From assembly GCF_009914755.1 (NCBI RefSeq), contig NC_060931.1: a stretch of 64,000 nucleotides of DNA, one strand, 5' to 3'. The position numbers and the translations under genes were made by a program. Below, in pieces: positions 27,750-40,647 of this stretch. Origin of the DNA: the human T2T-CHM13v2.0 reference genome, Homo sapiens. How positions within the stretch are numbered: the first letter of the stretch is position 1; each line of letters begins with the position of its first letter. The notes under the pieces are model-generated. The model was not told the DNA's origin. It searched no databases and was given only the letters and a program-made list of their open reading frames with translations.

Positions 27750-28338
27750 AGTGGTGGACAGGATGTAAGGTGGCCCCAGGACCTCCACCCCCGGTGTTCA
27801 TACCTGTGTAACCTTCTCCCCTTGAGGAGCACCTGTGCGTAGGCCTGACCTGTGACTTGCTTCCAACCAATAGAATATAGCAAAGATAAAAGGATGTCAC
27901 TCCCATAATTATGTTATACTTTAAAGACTCCATCTTGCCTGTGGACCTACACTAGAGACTCTCCTTGCTGGATTGATGAGGTAAGCACTGTGATGAGGAT
28001 GTCCCTGTGTGGGGGCATTGCAGACAGCCTCCAGAGCTGAAGGTGGCCTCCAGCTGACAGCCAGCAAAAGCCAGACCCTCAGTCCTGCAGCTGCAAGGAA
28101 ATGAACTCTGCCAACAATCTGAATGAGCTTGGAAGTGGATTCTTCTCCCACTGAGCCTCCAGATGAGAATGCAACCTAGTGGACTCCTTGACTGCAGCTT
28201 TGTGAGGCTCCAGGCAGAAGGCCCAAGAAAGCCATCCTCAGACTTTTGACCTATGGAAACTATGAGATAACAAATCTGTTTTGTTTTAAGCCACTAAGTT
28301 TGTGGCAACTTGTTAGAGCAGCAATAGGAAACTAATAC
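27750..28338 (+). mobile_element. MLT1E-family MaLR solo LTR
   Basis: 'tgacttgcttccaaccaatagaatatagcaaag...gcaaggaaatgaactctgccaacaatctgaatgagcttggaagtggattcttc...taagccactaagtttgtgg...gcagcaataggaaactaataca'. Confidence 0.85.
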
Positions 28339-31300
28339 AATCATCTGATAAGAAGCATCCAGAGGAAAACTACAACTATCCTCAGGGGTTTCAAGGAGTA
28401 GGAGGAAAGGAAGAAAAAAAGCAGCAAAGCTTCCGCAATGGATGAAGTCTGGCTCCACATGCAGGCAAGCTCCCAGCCCAAAGGAAGCCATATACACTCA
28501 CTTTCCACACACTTTCTCTTGGGGGTGCCTTGGGGCTTGTCACAGAATGAAAGACCATCTCATAAGCTCCCTAAACATTGTGCAGATGGAAAGGGGGCCA
28601 CCTGTGCTGGTGTCTGCCCTGTGGGGTGGAGTGTCTGCCCCTCAAAGGGAAATGCTTTTCCACTGCAGAGAGGAAAACTAGTGCCCTGAAGCAGCAGACA
28701 TTGTTCTGCCCATGGCAGCCCATGCTTACGTCTTTGCCTCCTCTCCTCTGGTCCCAGGACCTCCTCCCATTCTCTTCCACGTGTCTACTAGGAAAGAAAG
28801 CCTTTCTATTCTTTCCCTCCTCTTTTCCTTCTTTGTACTCAGGAATGATGCTACTTTCAACAATTCACATACAATTCAGTACTATTTTAGGTAAAATTTT
28901 AGGGGAGCCTAGCCATATCTATGTCCTGCAAATACATATCCACCTACACATACACACACACACACACAAACATACCTACACAGAGACACACAGACAGGGA
29001 CAAAGAACACTAATGTTCATTACAGAGTAATTGAGGTCCTACCTGAAAGTTATTAGGGAAAAGATAATCATTACTTTGCTTGAAACCCTGCCTGATTGCT
29101 TGTTATTGTGTGACAGCATGGTGAGGACCTCAATTTTGTGAAGAAATGTAAAATAAAGTCCAAATCTTAGTTACTGACAGCCACTAACAGCCCTTGTGAA
29201 AGTGAGAGAGCTCTGTTCTAACCCACTGTCAGGTTTAATGAGAATACGCACTCCCATCTGCTGAAGGCTTATAACATTGCAGGCCTTATGCTAAGGACTC
29301 AGTGCACTTCATCTCATGCAGTCCTCACAACAATGACACAGAAGAATGAATGTTATCACTTGGCGTTTAGGGAAAGAGAAACTAAGGCTCAGATATCAGG
29401 GCAAGTGCCCAGCTGGACAGCTCCAAACCAATGCCTCTCTCCACCATAGTGAGAGACAGAGGGGTCAGTAAGACTTCAGCTATGTTCCCTACTCTTTTAG
29501 TCTCTTTCCTAAATTAGATATAAAAATCCTGAAGGTAGAATAGAAAGCTCCATGGCCACAAGAAACATTTCCTCATTTGTTAAAAGATCAGAAGCTCTGA
29601 GCAGCAAGCAGTGCACACCCAGGCAGAGTCCATCCTGCCTGCAGAAAACCAGTTGTACCTGCAGCTCAACAACTCCAGGGAATCTCCAGCAACAGAGTTC
29701 CCCATAAACACCTGCCCCCTCCAGCCATGGGCTTGTGAAGGTGAAAGTTGTCTCATTCACCATGGCAACCTCGGTGCTGGGCACAGAGGAGGCAATAAGT
29801 ATCAGACAGTTGAATGAGAAAGTGGATGGATGGACAGATGCATGGCTAAACAGACAGATGGACAGAAGGATGGAAGAATCAATTAATGGGTGCATGGATG
29901 TGACAAAGCCCAACTCAAGAGAGGGACAGAAACAAGTTCGGCTCATTTGAGTCCCAGCTCCTCATTTCTAGTCATGGACTTCTGTGTATCCTAGAACTAA
30001 GAGATGCAAAATATCGGTAAATAATAGTTAGTTTTCCCCTTCATTGTCTCTAGCCATGTGTTTCCAAGAAGTACTTTAAAAGTGACAGTAGACAAGTATT
30101 TTGTTTAGCATCCATGCAAAGAGCTTTCTAAAAAGCAACAAATTGAAAGACAGATGTTATTCCTGCCATGTAGACCTCTCCATCAGACCTTGTAGACCTT
30201 GCATACTCAGCCCCTGAATGGACATGCAGGGACCTTGAGAAAAGGCACATTTCAAGAGGGAAGCACAGAGTCTTGTCATGTCCTGGTGGGAATACAAATA
30301 AATTAATAAATTAAGCCAAGCCAGGCCTGCAAAATGCCTAGCTAGACATTCAAATACCATGGCTCCAAGCTGCTCAGCCTTATCTGCATTCTTGAAGTTT
30401 CAACAGAGCCGCTGGCAAGCTGGCTGCCAGAGCTGATCTTTTGCTGTCGGCAAATGGGGTAATAACCTCCATGGATGAGGGTGTGCAGCTCCATGCATGA
30501 AGGAAGGCACGGTCTTCCTGTCCTTTTGCATGGAGCCATGACCTCATCCTGCCTCATCTCATGTCTCCAAAATGCATCCCTTAGAGGCCAATGAAGCAGG
30601 CAAGCTGGAGGTAGGAGACGTCATCGGTGAGAAAGGCTGCTTTGTTGTGAAGTGCCTTTGGGTGGGGACATCTGCCAAACTGGCCACGTGAAGCTGAGGA
30701 CAGGGCCAGGGTAATCCAGAGGGAGGCAAACAAGGATACACAAACTTTTCCCACTTGCCTTGATCCTTAGAGAAGCTGTTTCCAGATGAGGCCTTTCATC
30801 GACTTCCTACTGAGAGACCTCAAGGCGCCTAAACTACATGTTCCGTGCCATATGGATCATCCAACACAAACAGTGACTGATGCTGCTTGCTCTCAGTTAT
30901 CCAGGAGCTGTTAACTTAGGGTGTGGGTCAGCCAGAACCTTGGCTTCCTCTTCCCCTCCATGGCTTGGCTGTGCTTGTACCAGCCTCCATCTCTTCCTAG
31001 AGGAGACCCCTGCAAAGCTCAGCCTGGCTTCTTTTCTGTTGGCATTTGTAGGACTCTCAAAAGGCAATGTCAGGACACATCTTATCCATCATCTATTTCA
31101 ATCTTTTCATTTTACAGATAACGAAAATGAGGCACAGACTGGGGGAAGTTAGTGGCAGAAATGGAGCTTTAATGTAAGCCCTAGGATCTCCAGTCCAGTG
31201 ATCTTCCATCGTGTCCAGCTCCCACTTAAAACGTAAATGTGTTAGGAAAGGTTGAAATCAACAGTAAGTGGGAAGTTTAGGGACCCCTGTCTTCTTCATT

Positions 31301-33819
31301 CATCTATTCTTCACTCGCTATCTCTCCATTTCCTAAATATGTTGCCTGAGATGGGATTAGAGAATAGATTTCATCTTGAAGGCCAAATCTGCTCAATTGG
31401 CTGGCAGTGGCTACCTGAAGAGCTACAGAGGACATGGAGTGTCATGACCCATTGTGGATGTCTTTGTGGACAAAGGAATGGTGATGTGCAACAGCCATTC
31501 CAGGCTTGGATGTGAACACTACCATAACCCAGCCTCATCTGACGCACCTCGCTTCATATTCTGTCTCCCAAATAGGGGTCCTATATTGGAGTCTGAACCT
31601 GACTCAGCCTTCCCAGTGAGCCACAAGGGTATCTTTCTTCTGCTTCTGCATTTTCTTCTTCCATGTGTCTTCCTGCCTGGGCTGCTGTGCATGACTCTCT
31701 CCATCTCTCAAGTCAAGCCTCAAGGCCTGTGTCTCCACCCAGCCTTCAGCCCACATGGATGTCCACTGAGCTGTGACTGTACTGAACAATATGCCACCTA
31801 ATGACACAACCTTGCTCAGGGACTGAGTAAGTTTGTTCCTGTTAGTCTTTTCTCCCCAGTGAAGAATGTTTTTTTGATATCTTCAAGAATAGTAGGGACA
31901 CAATAAGTTTTCAATAGTTGACATTAGAGTCAATGTGAACAGTGAATTTAAAATTAATTTTTAAAAATATACATGTATATTTTGATTCAGTTAGAAGAGA
32001 AGGAGGGCTTAGAGATTTCCTCCCTCTTACCTTCTCCCTTCTCATTCATTGAACCTTGACTGCCTTTCAAAATCAATCATAGTGAGATTGACATGAAGGC
32101 AGCATTTTCTAAAAATCAAACTCAAGTATAAGCCCAAGTGAATCAATTTAATATAAATTATTGGTACCTCAATAAGTTGAGAGAGATTGTTAAGCCTTCC
32201 AAGTGTCATCTTAAGCTAAGCAGATGTTAACTGTCATTTATTCTAGGATTTGGTCCTCAGAACTTAGGAAGGAAGTCAAATACAGATAACGTCCTTAAAG
32301 ATTTCATTCAGTTCTTTAAATAGAAAAAACCATCATGCAAAAATTTTTACAATTTCTTCCCTCAGCAAAAACCTGTAAGCCTTTTCTTATAAAGAAAGAA
32401 AATATAATTATTATCACTGATATTATTATGAGTAAAAATAATGCCAAAGTAATTAATTATTTACCCAGAGGCTGTCTCTAAGAAAGTTGAGAATTTGTAT
32501 TAGGGGATGAGGGAAGGAAGAATAAAAATTCAGGATCTTTTACTATCATTAAGGCCTCCTCACATATTTTTCCAACTGCTTTTTATTCATAGATAGGATT
32601 ATTAGTATGTGTTTGCCAACAGGACCAGCCTGGCGGATAACTGAAACCCTGTCCTCTCCATCATCCACCCCCTGTCCCAACAAAGTTCCTTCATTTCCCA
32701 CTTTGAGTGCCAATATTACCAGAATTTTTGAGTTCTTTTCATGGTTAGCACCTGTGGGTTCATAGACAAGTAGGGAGGCCTCTCAAACAAGTCATCTCCA
32801 CTGCCCTGAGTTTGGGAAGGTTTTCCTCATGCCCACTTGGCTTTTCAGGGTCCAGTCTCTCAACACCATGAAAAGCTAGAGAGGCAAGGGGGTGGTCTCC
32901 TACCCACCCAGGGCTGGGCAGGCTGATAGGGAACTGGTCTCTAGCACACCCACCACCCACAGTTCAGGAAAACATGGAGGACCACCTCTGGCAATCATTT
33001 TCAGGCTATGTTTGAAGGCCCGAGGCTCTCCTGAGGTGACCAGGGCAGGGCTCTGAGCTCCCCTCAACGCCTTCCCAAAGTCAGAGCCTCTCTGCTTTAG
33101 ATCACACTGTGTACACAGTGAGGTTTTAGTGAAATGATTGCATGACAAAGCCCCTTTGCTTTTAAAAAATGGAAAAACGACTTACTTAATAAATGCCCCA
33201 TTGCCTTAGAATTCCATGGTGCTGAAAACAGCTTTTTCAAAAAGCGTTTGCTCAAAATACCCTGGGAATGAAAAGTTGTGGAGGATACAGGAACTAAAAG
33301 CAAAGCTTATTTGGTCTGATTTTTTTTTTCCCTAAGAAGAAGAAAAACATGAGTATCAAATTTAAAAACATTTGCTGAGAAGTCTAACAAGACAATTTCA
33401 TAGATTTTTGTTTTTTAAAGTCAGACAAAGTTTTAGAAACAAATTGTTTTTGGAATCAACAGAAGCTTTTTATTGTACCAGGTAAGAACATTACAAAAAC
33501 AAAACAAACAAACAAACAAAAAAACACCAAAACAATCAGAAGAAAAATCCCCATTATCCATCTTTTAAAAGGGAATCTTTACCACCAAAAACATAAGAAG
33601 GACATAATATCAGAAGAGAGGACAGATCTTTTAATAAAAGATATTGAGCTTTGTGAAAATGTAGCCCATGTCTATATTTTTCTTGTCTTGCTATGGACAG
33701 GTGGAAATTCCATCAGACTCTGGTCTTTTGGTCTTTAGATGGTGGGGAATTCCCAGAGGAGTGAGATGATTGGGGTTGGAGTGGCCCACGTATGTCTCCC
33801 AGGCCTCTTATTTCTCTCT

Positions 33820-33863
33820 GGTGGTGGTGGTGGTGGTGGCGGTGGTGATGGCGGTGGCGGTGA

Positions 33864-33899
<36 letters not shown>

Positions 33900-33915
33900 A
33901 GGTGGCGGTGGCGGG
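33820..33915. repeat. Interrupted (GGT/GGC)n trinucleotide repeat, 32 units
   Basis: GGTx6,GGC,GGT,GGT,GAT,GGC...GAC...GGCx3,GGA,GGT,GGC,GGT,GGC,GGG. Reads as poly-Gly on + and poly-Pro on -. Confidence 0.95.
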
Positions 33916-36842
33916 CTAGAAGACCTCTGCGTGTCTGAATGTCTGGAGCCCTGCTCACTCATCCTGTCAAGTCTGGCCGCAGTCTGGGAGCCAGCGGGGC
34001 AGTGTTTGTGGAGCCAAAGTGGAGATTAAGTCATGTTTTAGAGGTGACCTCTGTCCACCCCTTTCTGCAGGCGTCCCTTCCCCTCCGGCCTCACCCCCTA
34101 GCAACTCCCCACCTACTTGCTGTTGCTCTGTACAAGCCCCTCCCAGCCATCACAGACCCCGCAGGGCTCCCTGCACACCCACCATCACCTCCCGACCCCC
34201 GCCCACCCCCACGGTTGCCTTCTCCTCAAATGGACCTGGTCTTTGTTGTTCTAATTAGATTATCTCTGCCTTAGGGACCTAAAGGACCGTCTCTAGCAGC
34301 CCTGGCTGGAAAGGCAGGTCACATAATCCCTGTTATCAAGAGGCTTGTCATTTAGCATGTAGATCAACTAATTCTTTCAATACCAGGGGAATAATTGTGC
34401 ATCTTAATATTGATTTTTTTGGAGATACAATCGCCTGCATTCCTGAATCAGACTCACTTACTGAAGCTAAAAGGTTCCACTCACTATATTATGAAACCAC
34501 CCCCACCCCGTCACATGCTCCATCCGAATTTAATGCTACAAAGCTGGACACATCTGAAGGGCTTTGTGTTTTTCCACTTGGTTCAATTTCAGAATGAGCC
34601 TCCTGTTGAAGAGAAACAGAAAAAAAGAATTCTGGCTATTTTTAAGACAGTGTGTGTGTTTTTGTTTGGGGCAGGGAGAAGGGGATATTCTGCCGACGTC
34701 CTCCACTCCCTAGGCTTTGTGGTGCAGTGTTGTTGGGGTCCCAGTTTAATGAAGCCAGCCTATTAGGTTTCTATGTTTTATGATGAATTAGTAGGTTGGG
34801 CTTTCCAATGAGGCTGGGGACATTTTCCTATCAAATACCCTTCCAGGGAAGTGGGAGGCAGAGAAAGAAAAATTTGAGCTGTGGCAGTAAGAAAAAAACG
34901 CCACCTTCCCAAGGGGTGAAAAATGCACTGAGATTCGGGACAAGCAGAGGTGTTGCTTCCACATTGGGAAGGGGTGTGAGGCAAAGGACATAGCAGCCAA
35001 GGGCCAGTGCAACTGTTCTACCCAGAAAATCAGTGCCCCTGCATCCTAGGTGCTTGCTGCAATAAAGCTCTTCTTCAGTCATTGTTAATAACCATGATAA
35101 CTATTGACACTCTTTGCAAAGATCTGCCCCAGGTTTGGCACAGAGCAGCAGCATTGCCTTCCAAACGTTATACACATCAGCCCTCTTCATCTTCACAGAC
35201 AAGCCTGTGAGACATGTTCTACTCATTGTTCCCATACTGCAGATTAAACCACTGAGATCCAGAGAGATTATATGATTTGCCTGAGGTCCTCAAATTAATA
35301 AACCCAAGGCTGCTCCTAAACTTGTAGTCCTAACTAGAACACTGTTCTTCATTCTTCTGATGTTGATAAGGGGTTCATTCATTTATTCCATTATCTTCTC
35401 ATTCATACTGAAAAGATTGCTCACCTTACAGGTTCTATGTGCCAAGGATAGAAAAAGGATGCATGGTGTACAGTGGTAGACAGACAAAAATAAAATAAAT
35501 ACTACACACATCAAATAAGATGATGCCTGCTCCCATAGAGAGATGAACAAAGTGCAGTAGGAATACTGGAAAGGGATCTTTCTTAAAGATTTCACACAGG
35601 TTTTAAGATATAAGTTGTTTTGTTTTGAAAAAGTCATTGAAAATGATTAGATGCCTGAGAGAGAAGGGGGAAAGGACTGAACTAAGAGAAATTCTCATTA
35701 AAAGTCTGTTCTGTATACAAGCTAATGAAATCATGCTACTTTCCTTTGTATTTATGTGGAATCTTCTATCCAGGGCTCTAGATATGCATTGACATTTTAT
35801 TGCTTGCAAAGTGAAACTAACAAAGTCTTCAAACGGAAGCGCAGAGGCAGTGGACTTCCAAACACTCTTAATGGAGTTCCAGTATGCACTGGGACTGAGA
35901 TACTGATACATGATTTTTTGTGATTATATTCCGTAGCAAATTAAGAAAGAATTATAGTTCACTTTTTGTTGTTAAATTATAACGCAGTGTGTGGTTAATC
36001 AGACTTGTAGATTTACTTCCCAGAGCTACTTTTGCTGCATTGTTTTACTTAGCTGTCTGCCTGATGCTATTGGACTGCAAAATCTTTGTGGAACATGCTA
36101 CAAGGGCTTAGTTCAGTGTCTGGCACACAGTAGGTGCTCAATATATATTTGTTAAAATAAAAAATGAATGCATGAATGAATCAACAAATGCCTGTAAAAC
36201 ATCTCTTGAAAGCAAATCTTATACCCATTATACCATGGGTCTGCACCATGACTCTATCATACTTTTCTGGAATAATCCCAGCTTTAAACATTCTGTTCCC
36301 TTGTCCTCACCGACCATCAAGATGACCATTTTAATATTTGAGCTTCCAGCTAGCAGCTTCTTGTGCCCAAAACCAATTACTAAGATTCTTTATCAGAATC
36401 ATGCGTCCCAAATGTCCTATTGGGAAACAAGACCACCATTGCAAAAGAGAAGCTATATTCTTGGGTAAGAAAGTAGACACCATTAGGGGGCATGAGAATA
36501 AGGATCTTGAACTGCAGCCCAACCATTTGGGGTCTAATAGTTTTTGGTGTTCTCATTAACGGAAGGGACACTTTACATAATATTTATTCACTCCTCAACA
36601 AATGCTTTTTGAATTTTCCAAGAATACTGAACATGTATCAACTGCAGGAAATTCTGTATAAAATTTTGATGAGGATTTGATTGACAATATTTGACTTGTC
36701 AGCCTGGATCCTCATTCAATTTGTCCAACATGAATTTTGTTATTTTCAAGGCTTAAACATCAAAAAAATCATAGCATCGTAGTAGTAATGAAGAACCCCA
36801 AACTTGAAGTGGGCAGTTGTTATAGTCTTTCTTGCCCATCAA

Positions 36843-37393
36843 CTTTTGTTTATTTTTATTTGTATAAACTGATGGGGTACATGTGTAATTTTGTTACACT
36901 TGTAATTGAGTACTGGTGAAGTCTGGGCTTTTAGGGTAATCATCACCTGAATAAGGTACATTGTACTCATTAAGTAATTTCTTATCATAACCCCCCACCC
37001 CCCCAGTACCTACCCTTTCCAGTCTCCATTGTCTATCATTCCATACTCTATGTCCATGTGTAAACATTAGTTAGATCCCACCTATAAGTGAGAGCATGCA
37101 GTATTTGGTTTTCTGTGTCTCAGTTATTTTACCTAGGATAATGGCTTCCAGTCCCATCCATGTTGCTGCAAAATACATGATTTCATTCTTTTTAGTGGCT
37201 TAATAGTACTCCATTGTGTATATATACCACATTTTCTTTTTCCATTCATCTGTCGAGGGACACTTAGGTTGACTCTGTATCTTTGCTATCGTGAGAAGTG
37301 CTGCAATGAAGTGCAGGTATCTTTTAGTAATAATTTTTTACTTTTGGTAGATACCCAGTAGTTGGATTGCGGGATCAAATGGTAGTTTTAGTT
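36843..37393 (-). mobile_element. L1MA-type LINE-1 3' end
   Basis: Reverse L1 3'UTR: 'cccacctataagtgagagcatgcagtatttggttttctg...atccatgttgctgcaaaatacatgatttcattctttt...atacccagtagttggattgc'. Confidence 0.85.
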
Positions 37394-38196
37394 CCCATCA
37401 TCTTTAAAATAACCTCCCTTTATTAGCTGAAATATCCATGTCTCCCAATATAGAAGTTGGAAATGAAGTTACTTGCCTCCTTCATACCCAGGACACAACA
37501 TTTGTCCTGTGTGTTCATCAGTCAGTTGTACCTGGGAAAGACTTCCACATGGAAGATCCTATTGCAGAAATGTCCTCAAAAGGGATGGAAAAACTGGTGC
37601 AGTAAAGCTGAATCTCTGGCACTAGGTATTCAGCAGTGTCAGAGACAATGATTTTCTTGCCAGGCCATTTTCTGTTCAGAGTTTGGGTGTTGCTCCTAGG
37701 AGCTGAGCTTCAGGTCCCTCTCTCTAGCCCTTCCCCCAATTCTGTGAGTTCCTTCATATTCATTAATAAATTCTTTTCCTGCTTAAACTAGTCAGAGTGG
37801 ATTTTGGTTGCTTTGCAACTAGAAACATGGACTGCCACAAAAGGTGACATTCAATAGTAAAAATAGTCTTGACACTCACACAGAGTACATCATCTGGCAG
37901 TCCAGGGTGAACAGTGAGTATGTCTCCGCGTGCAGTAACAATGGGTTGAAAAGTCAAAGAGTTTCAATCACACAGAAATCCTAGCAACTAGTTTGTTGTA
38001 ATATGGCTAGGGGTTTTCTGGTTGGACATATTACTATGTTTAATCAAACAACTTGGAAGACAATCCAGACTGCCCTGTTATTTAAGAAAATACTCATTTG
38101 GAATATCCAAGTGATTGTTCCTAGGGCTGAGCCTATTGTTTCCCAGCTTTAACGCAGGAGTAAGTTTTTGTGTTTTATGAATCCGTAATGCCTATT

Positions 38197-38562
38197 GTAT
38201 TGGTTTGCCAGGGCCGCCATAACAAAGTACCACTGACTGGGTGGCTTCAATAACAGAAATATATTTTCTCACAGTTCTGGAGGCTGGAAGTCCAAAACTG
38301 AGGTGCTGGCAGGGTTGATAGCTTCTGCGGCTTCTCTCCCCAGTTTGCGGTCCTAACATCGTTGCCCCTCAGTCTGTGTCCTGATCTCCTGTTCTTATGA
38401 GGACACTTGTCATATTGGATTAGAGCCCACCCATAAAACCTCATTCTACCTTAATCACCTCTTTAAAGACCCTATCTCCAAATACAGCCATATTCTGAGG
38501 TACTGGGGGTTAGGACTTCAACACAGGAATTTGGGGCAAGTGACACACATCAGCCCATAACA
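38197..38562 (-). mobile_element. MLT1B-like MaLR solo LTR
   Basis: 'gggccgccataacaaagtaccac...ttctcacagttctggaggctggaagtcc...ttctgaggtactgggggttaggacttcaaca...cagcccataaca'. Confidence 0.85.
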
Positions 38563-39511
38563 TCCGTGTTCCTCTAAATTATTTAAATCTAAGACTGATT
38601 TGGAGAAGCTAATTTCAAAAGTTACCACTACATATGTTTATTTTGACATAAATCTTTACAGTGAAAGGATCTATTGGTTATTACATGAAAATTCCATTTC
38701 AGAAAGTGAGGTTAGACCTCTCCCTCCCCACACCCTCTATCTACCCTTGAAAGTTTGCTTTTTAAGGAACTAAAATGAGAACTAAACAGCTTTTAAAGAC
38801 TGGTCTTCTCCATATCCAGTCTTCCTTGCTCATCAAGTCTGCACTAAAATCCTACTTTCACCACGAGGCCTCTCCTATCCTCCCCCAGCCACATGGGCTT
38901 TCTCCTCTTCTAAACTCTGAGAACACATTAATCATGGCTCCCTGGCAACACAAACTTCTACCTTGGAATAGAGTTTTCTGTCCACATGTTTCGTTTTCCC
39001 TGTAGATTAGATATTCCTTAAGGACTTGCCTGATTCATTTGTGGTACATACTTGTCCAGCAAGGAGGTAGCAGGGTATATCTACTGCCCTGTTCTCGTGG
39101 CTTGATATGAAGGGCCCCTTTCCAATGTTATTTTCCAAATATCCTTTCTCCAGTGCTTTATTGCCAGGCCTCTGAAATTATACTTCCCTTCTTGTCACTC
39201 CCAAATACCTCCAGCATAACCCTCATCAGACTTTCTCGGTCTTAGTCTTTCTCCTTCTTTTACAACCCCAGTGACCTTCATCAGCAATAATGAATATTGC
39301 TGAAGTCCTCTCCCTTTCTGTCTCATCCTTGGGTGGAGGGTAGAGGGAGGGTCCTTGCCCTGACAAGCAATGCAGCATACTTTTATGGATATAGGGTATA
39401 TGGGAGCTCCTAGTCCCACTACAAAGCCCCAGGCTCTACAGTGGCAAATGCAGAGATCAAATGGGCCACTCCAGATAAAAGCCTCAGAGGAGATGGAATT
39501 AAGATGTGAGC

Positions 39512-40008
39512 CTTTGTGTTCATTGCAGTACTGTTCACAATAGCCAAGATGTGGAAACAACCTAAATGTTCACTGACAGATAAATGGACAAAGACAATGT
39601 GGTATATCCATACAACGAAATATTATTCAGCTTTAAAAAAGAAGGAAACTCTGCTATATGCAACAACATGGATGAACCAGTAGGACGTTATGCCAAGTGA
39701 AATAAGCCTGCCGCGGAAGGGAAAAAACTGCATGACTTCATTCATATTAGGTGTCTAAAGTAGTCAGATTAATAGAAACAGACAGTAAGTAGAATGGTGG
39801 TTGTCAGGGGGTGGGAGAAGGGGGAAACAGGGAGTTGCTGTTCAACTGGTATAAAATTTCAGTTATATGAGATGAATTTGTTCTAGAGATCTGCTGAACA
39901 ATTTTGTGCCCATAGTTAACAATACTGTATTGTGCACTTAAAAATCTGTCAAGAGGGTAGATCTCTTGTTTAGCACTCTTACCACAATTTAAAAAAAAAA
40001 AAAAAAAA
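39512..40008 (+). mobile_element. L1MA9/L1MB-type LINE-1 3' end with poly(A) and TSD
   Basis: 'gttcattgcagtactgttcacaatagccaagatgtggaaacaacctaaatg...ctagagatctgctg...agagggtagatctc', then A20. TSD aattaagatgtgagc at 39497-39511 and 40009-40023. Confidence 0.9.
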
Positions 40009-40028
40009 AATTAAGATGTGAGCTGGCC

Positions 40029-40047
40029 CACCCAGCAGAGGGCAGTG
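40029..40047 (+). promoter_or_regulatory. Candidate CTCF binding motif
   Basis: CCAGCAGAGGGCAGTG (40032-40047) fits the CTCF core consensus CCASYAGRKGGCRS. Occupancy cannot be determined from sequence. Confidence 0.45.
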
Positions 40048-40349
40048 CAGTGCACACAACCAACCACTGCAGCTAGTGGCCACAGGAGGCCTGGACTGAT
40101 CCTGTGGCTGAGCAACGGCACAGGTGTTTTTCCTTGAGCGGGGGAGCTGGGGGGCAATTGTTGTTTCTTTTTGTTTGATTCTACTTTGTTTTCATCTTAA
40201 AATCCTGGTTTTGTTAAAGTGAAATTTTTTTCTTAAAAATTGACACCAGCAATAAAAATGATGTGTTTCTTCCTCCAAACTTGAAGAGTGGAAGAAAATT
40301 AAAGTTCATTTGGATATGGTGCAGATTCTAATAACATATATCAGTTTAC

Positions 40350-40647
40350 AGTTGGGCACGCTCATAGCTGTAATTTCAGCCTTTGGGAGGCCAAGGCAGA
40401 TGGATCACTTGAGCCCGGGAAGCCAAGACCAGTCTGGGACACATAGTAAGACCCTGTCTCAACAAAAAACATCAAAAAAATTAGCCAGGCATGGTGGTGC
40501 ACACCTGTAGTCTCAGTTACTTAGGTGGTGGAGGCACAAGAATCAACTGAGTCTGGGAGATGGAAGTTGCAGTGAGCTGAGATCTCACCACTGCACTCCA
40601 GTCTGAATGACAGAGCAAGATCCTGTCTCAAAACAAACAAGCAAAAA
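40350..40647 (+). mobile_element. AluJ
   Basis: Diverged dimeric Alu with 'cacttgagccc' and 'acatagtaagaccctgtctc' diagnostics; TSD-like catatatcag/catatgtcag. Confidence 0.9.
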
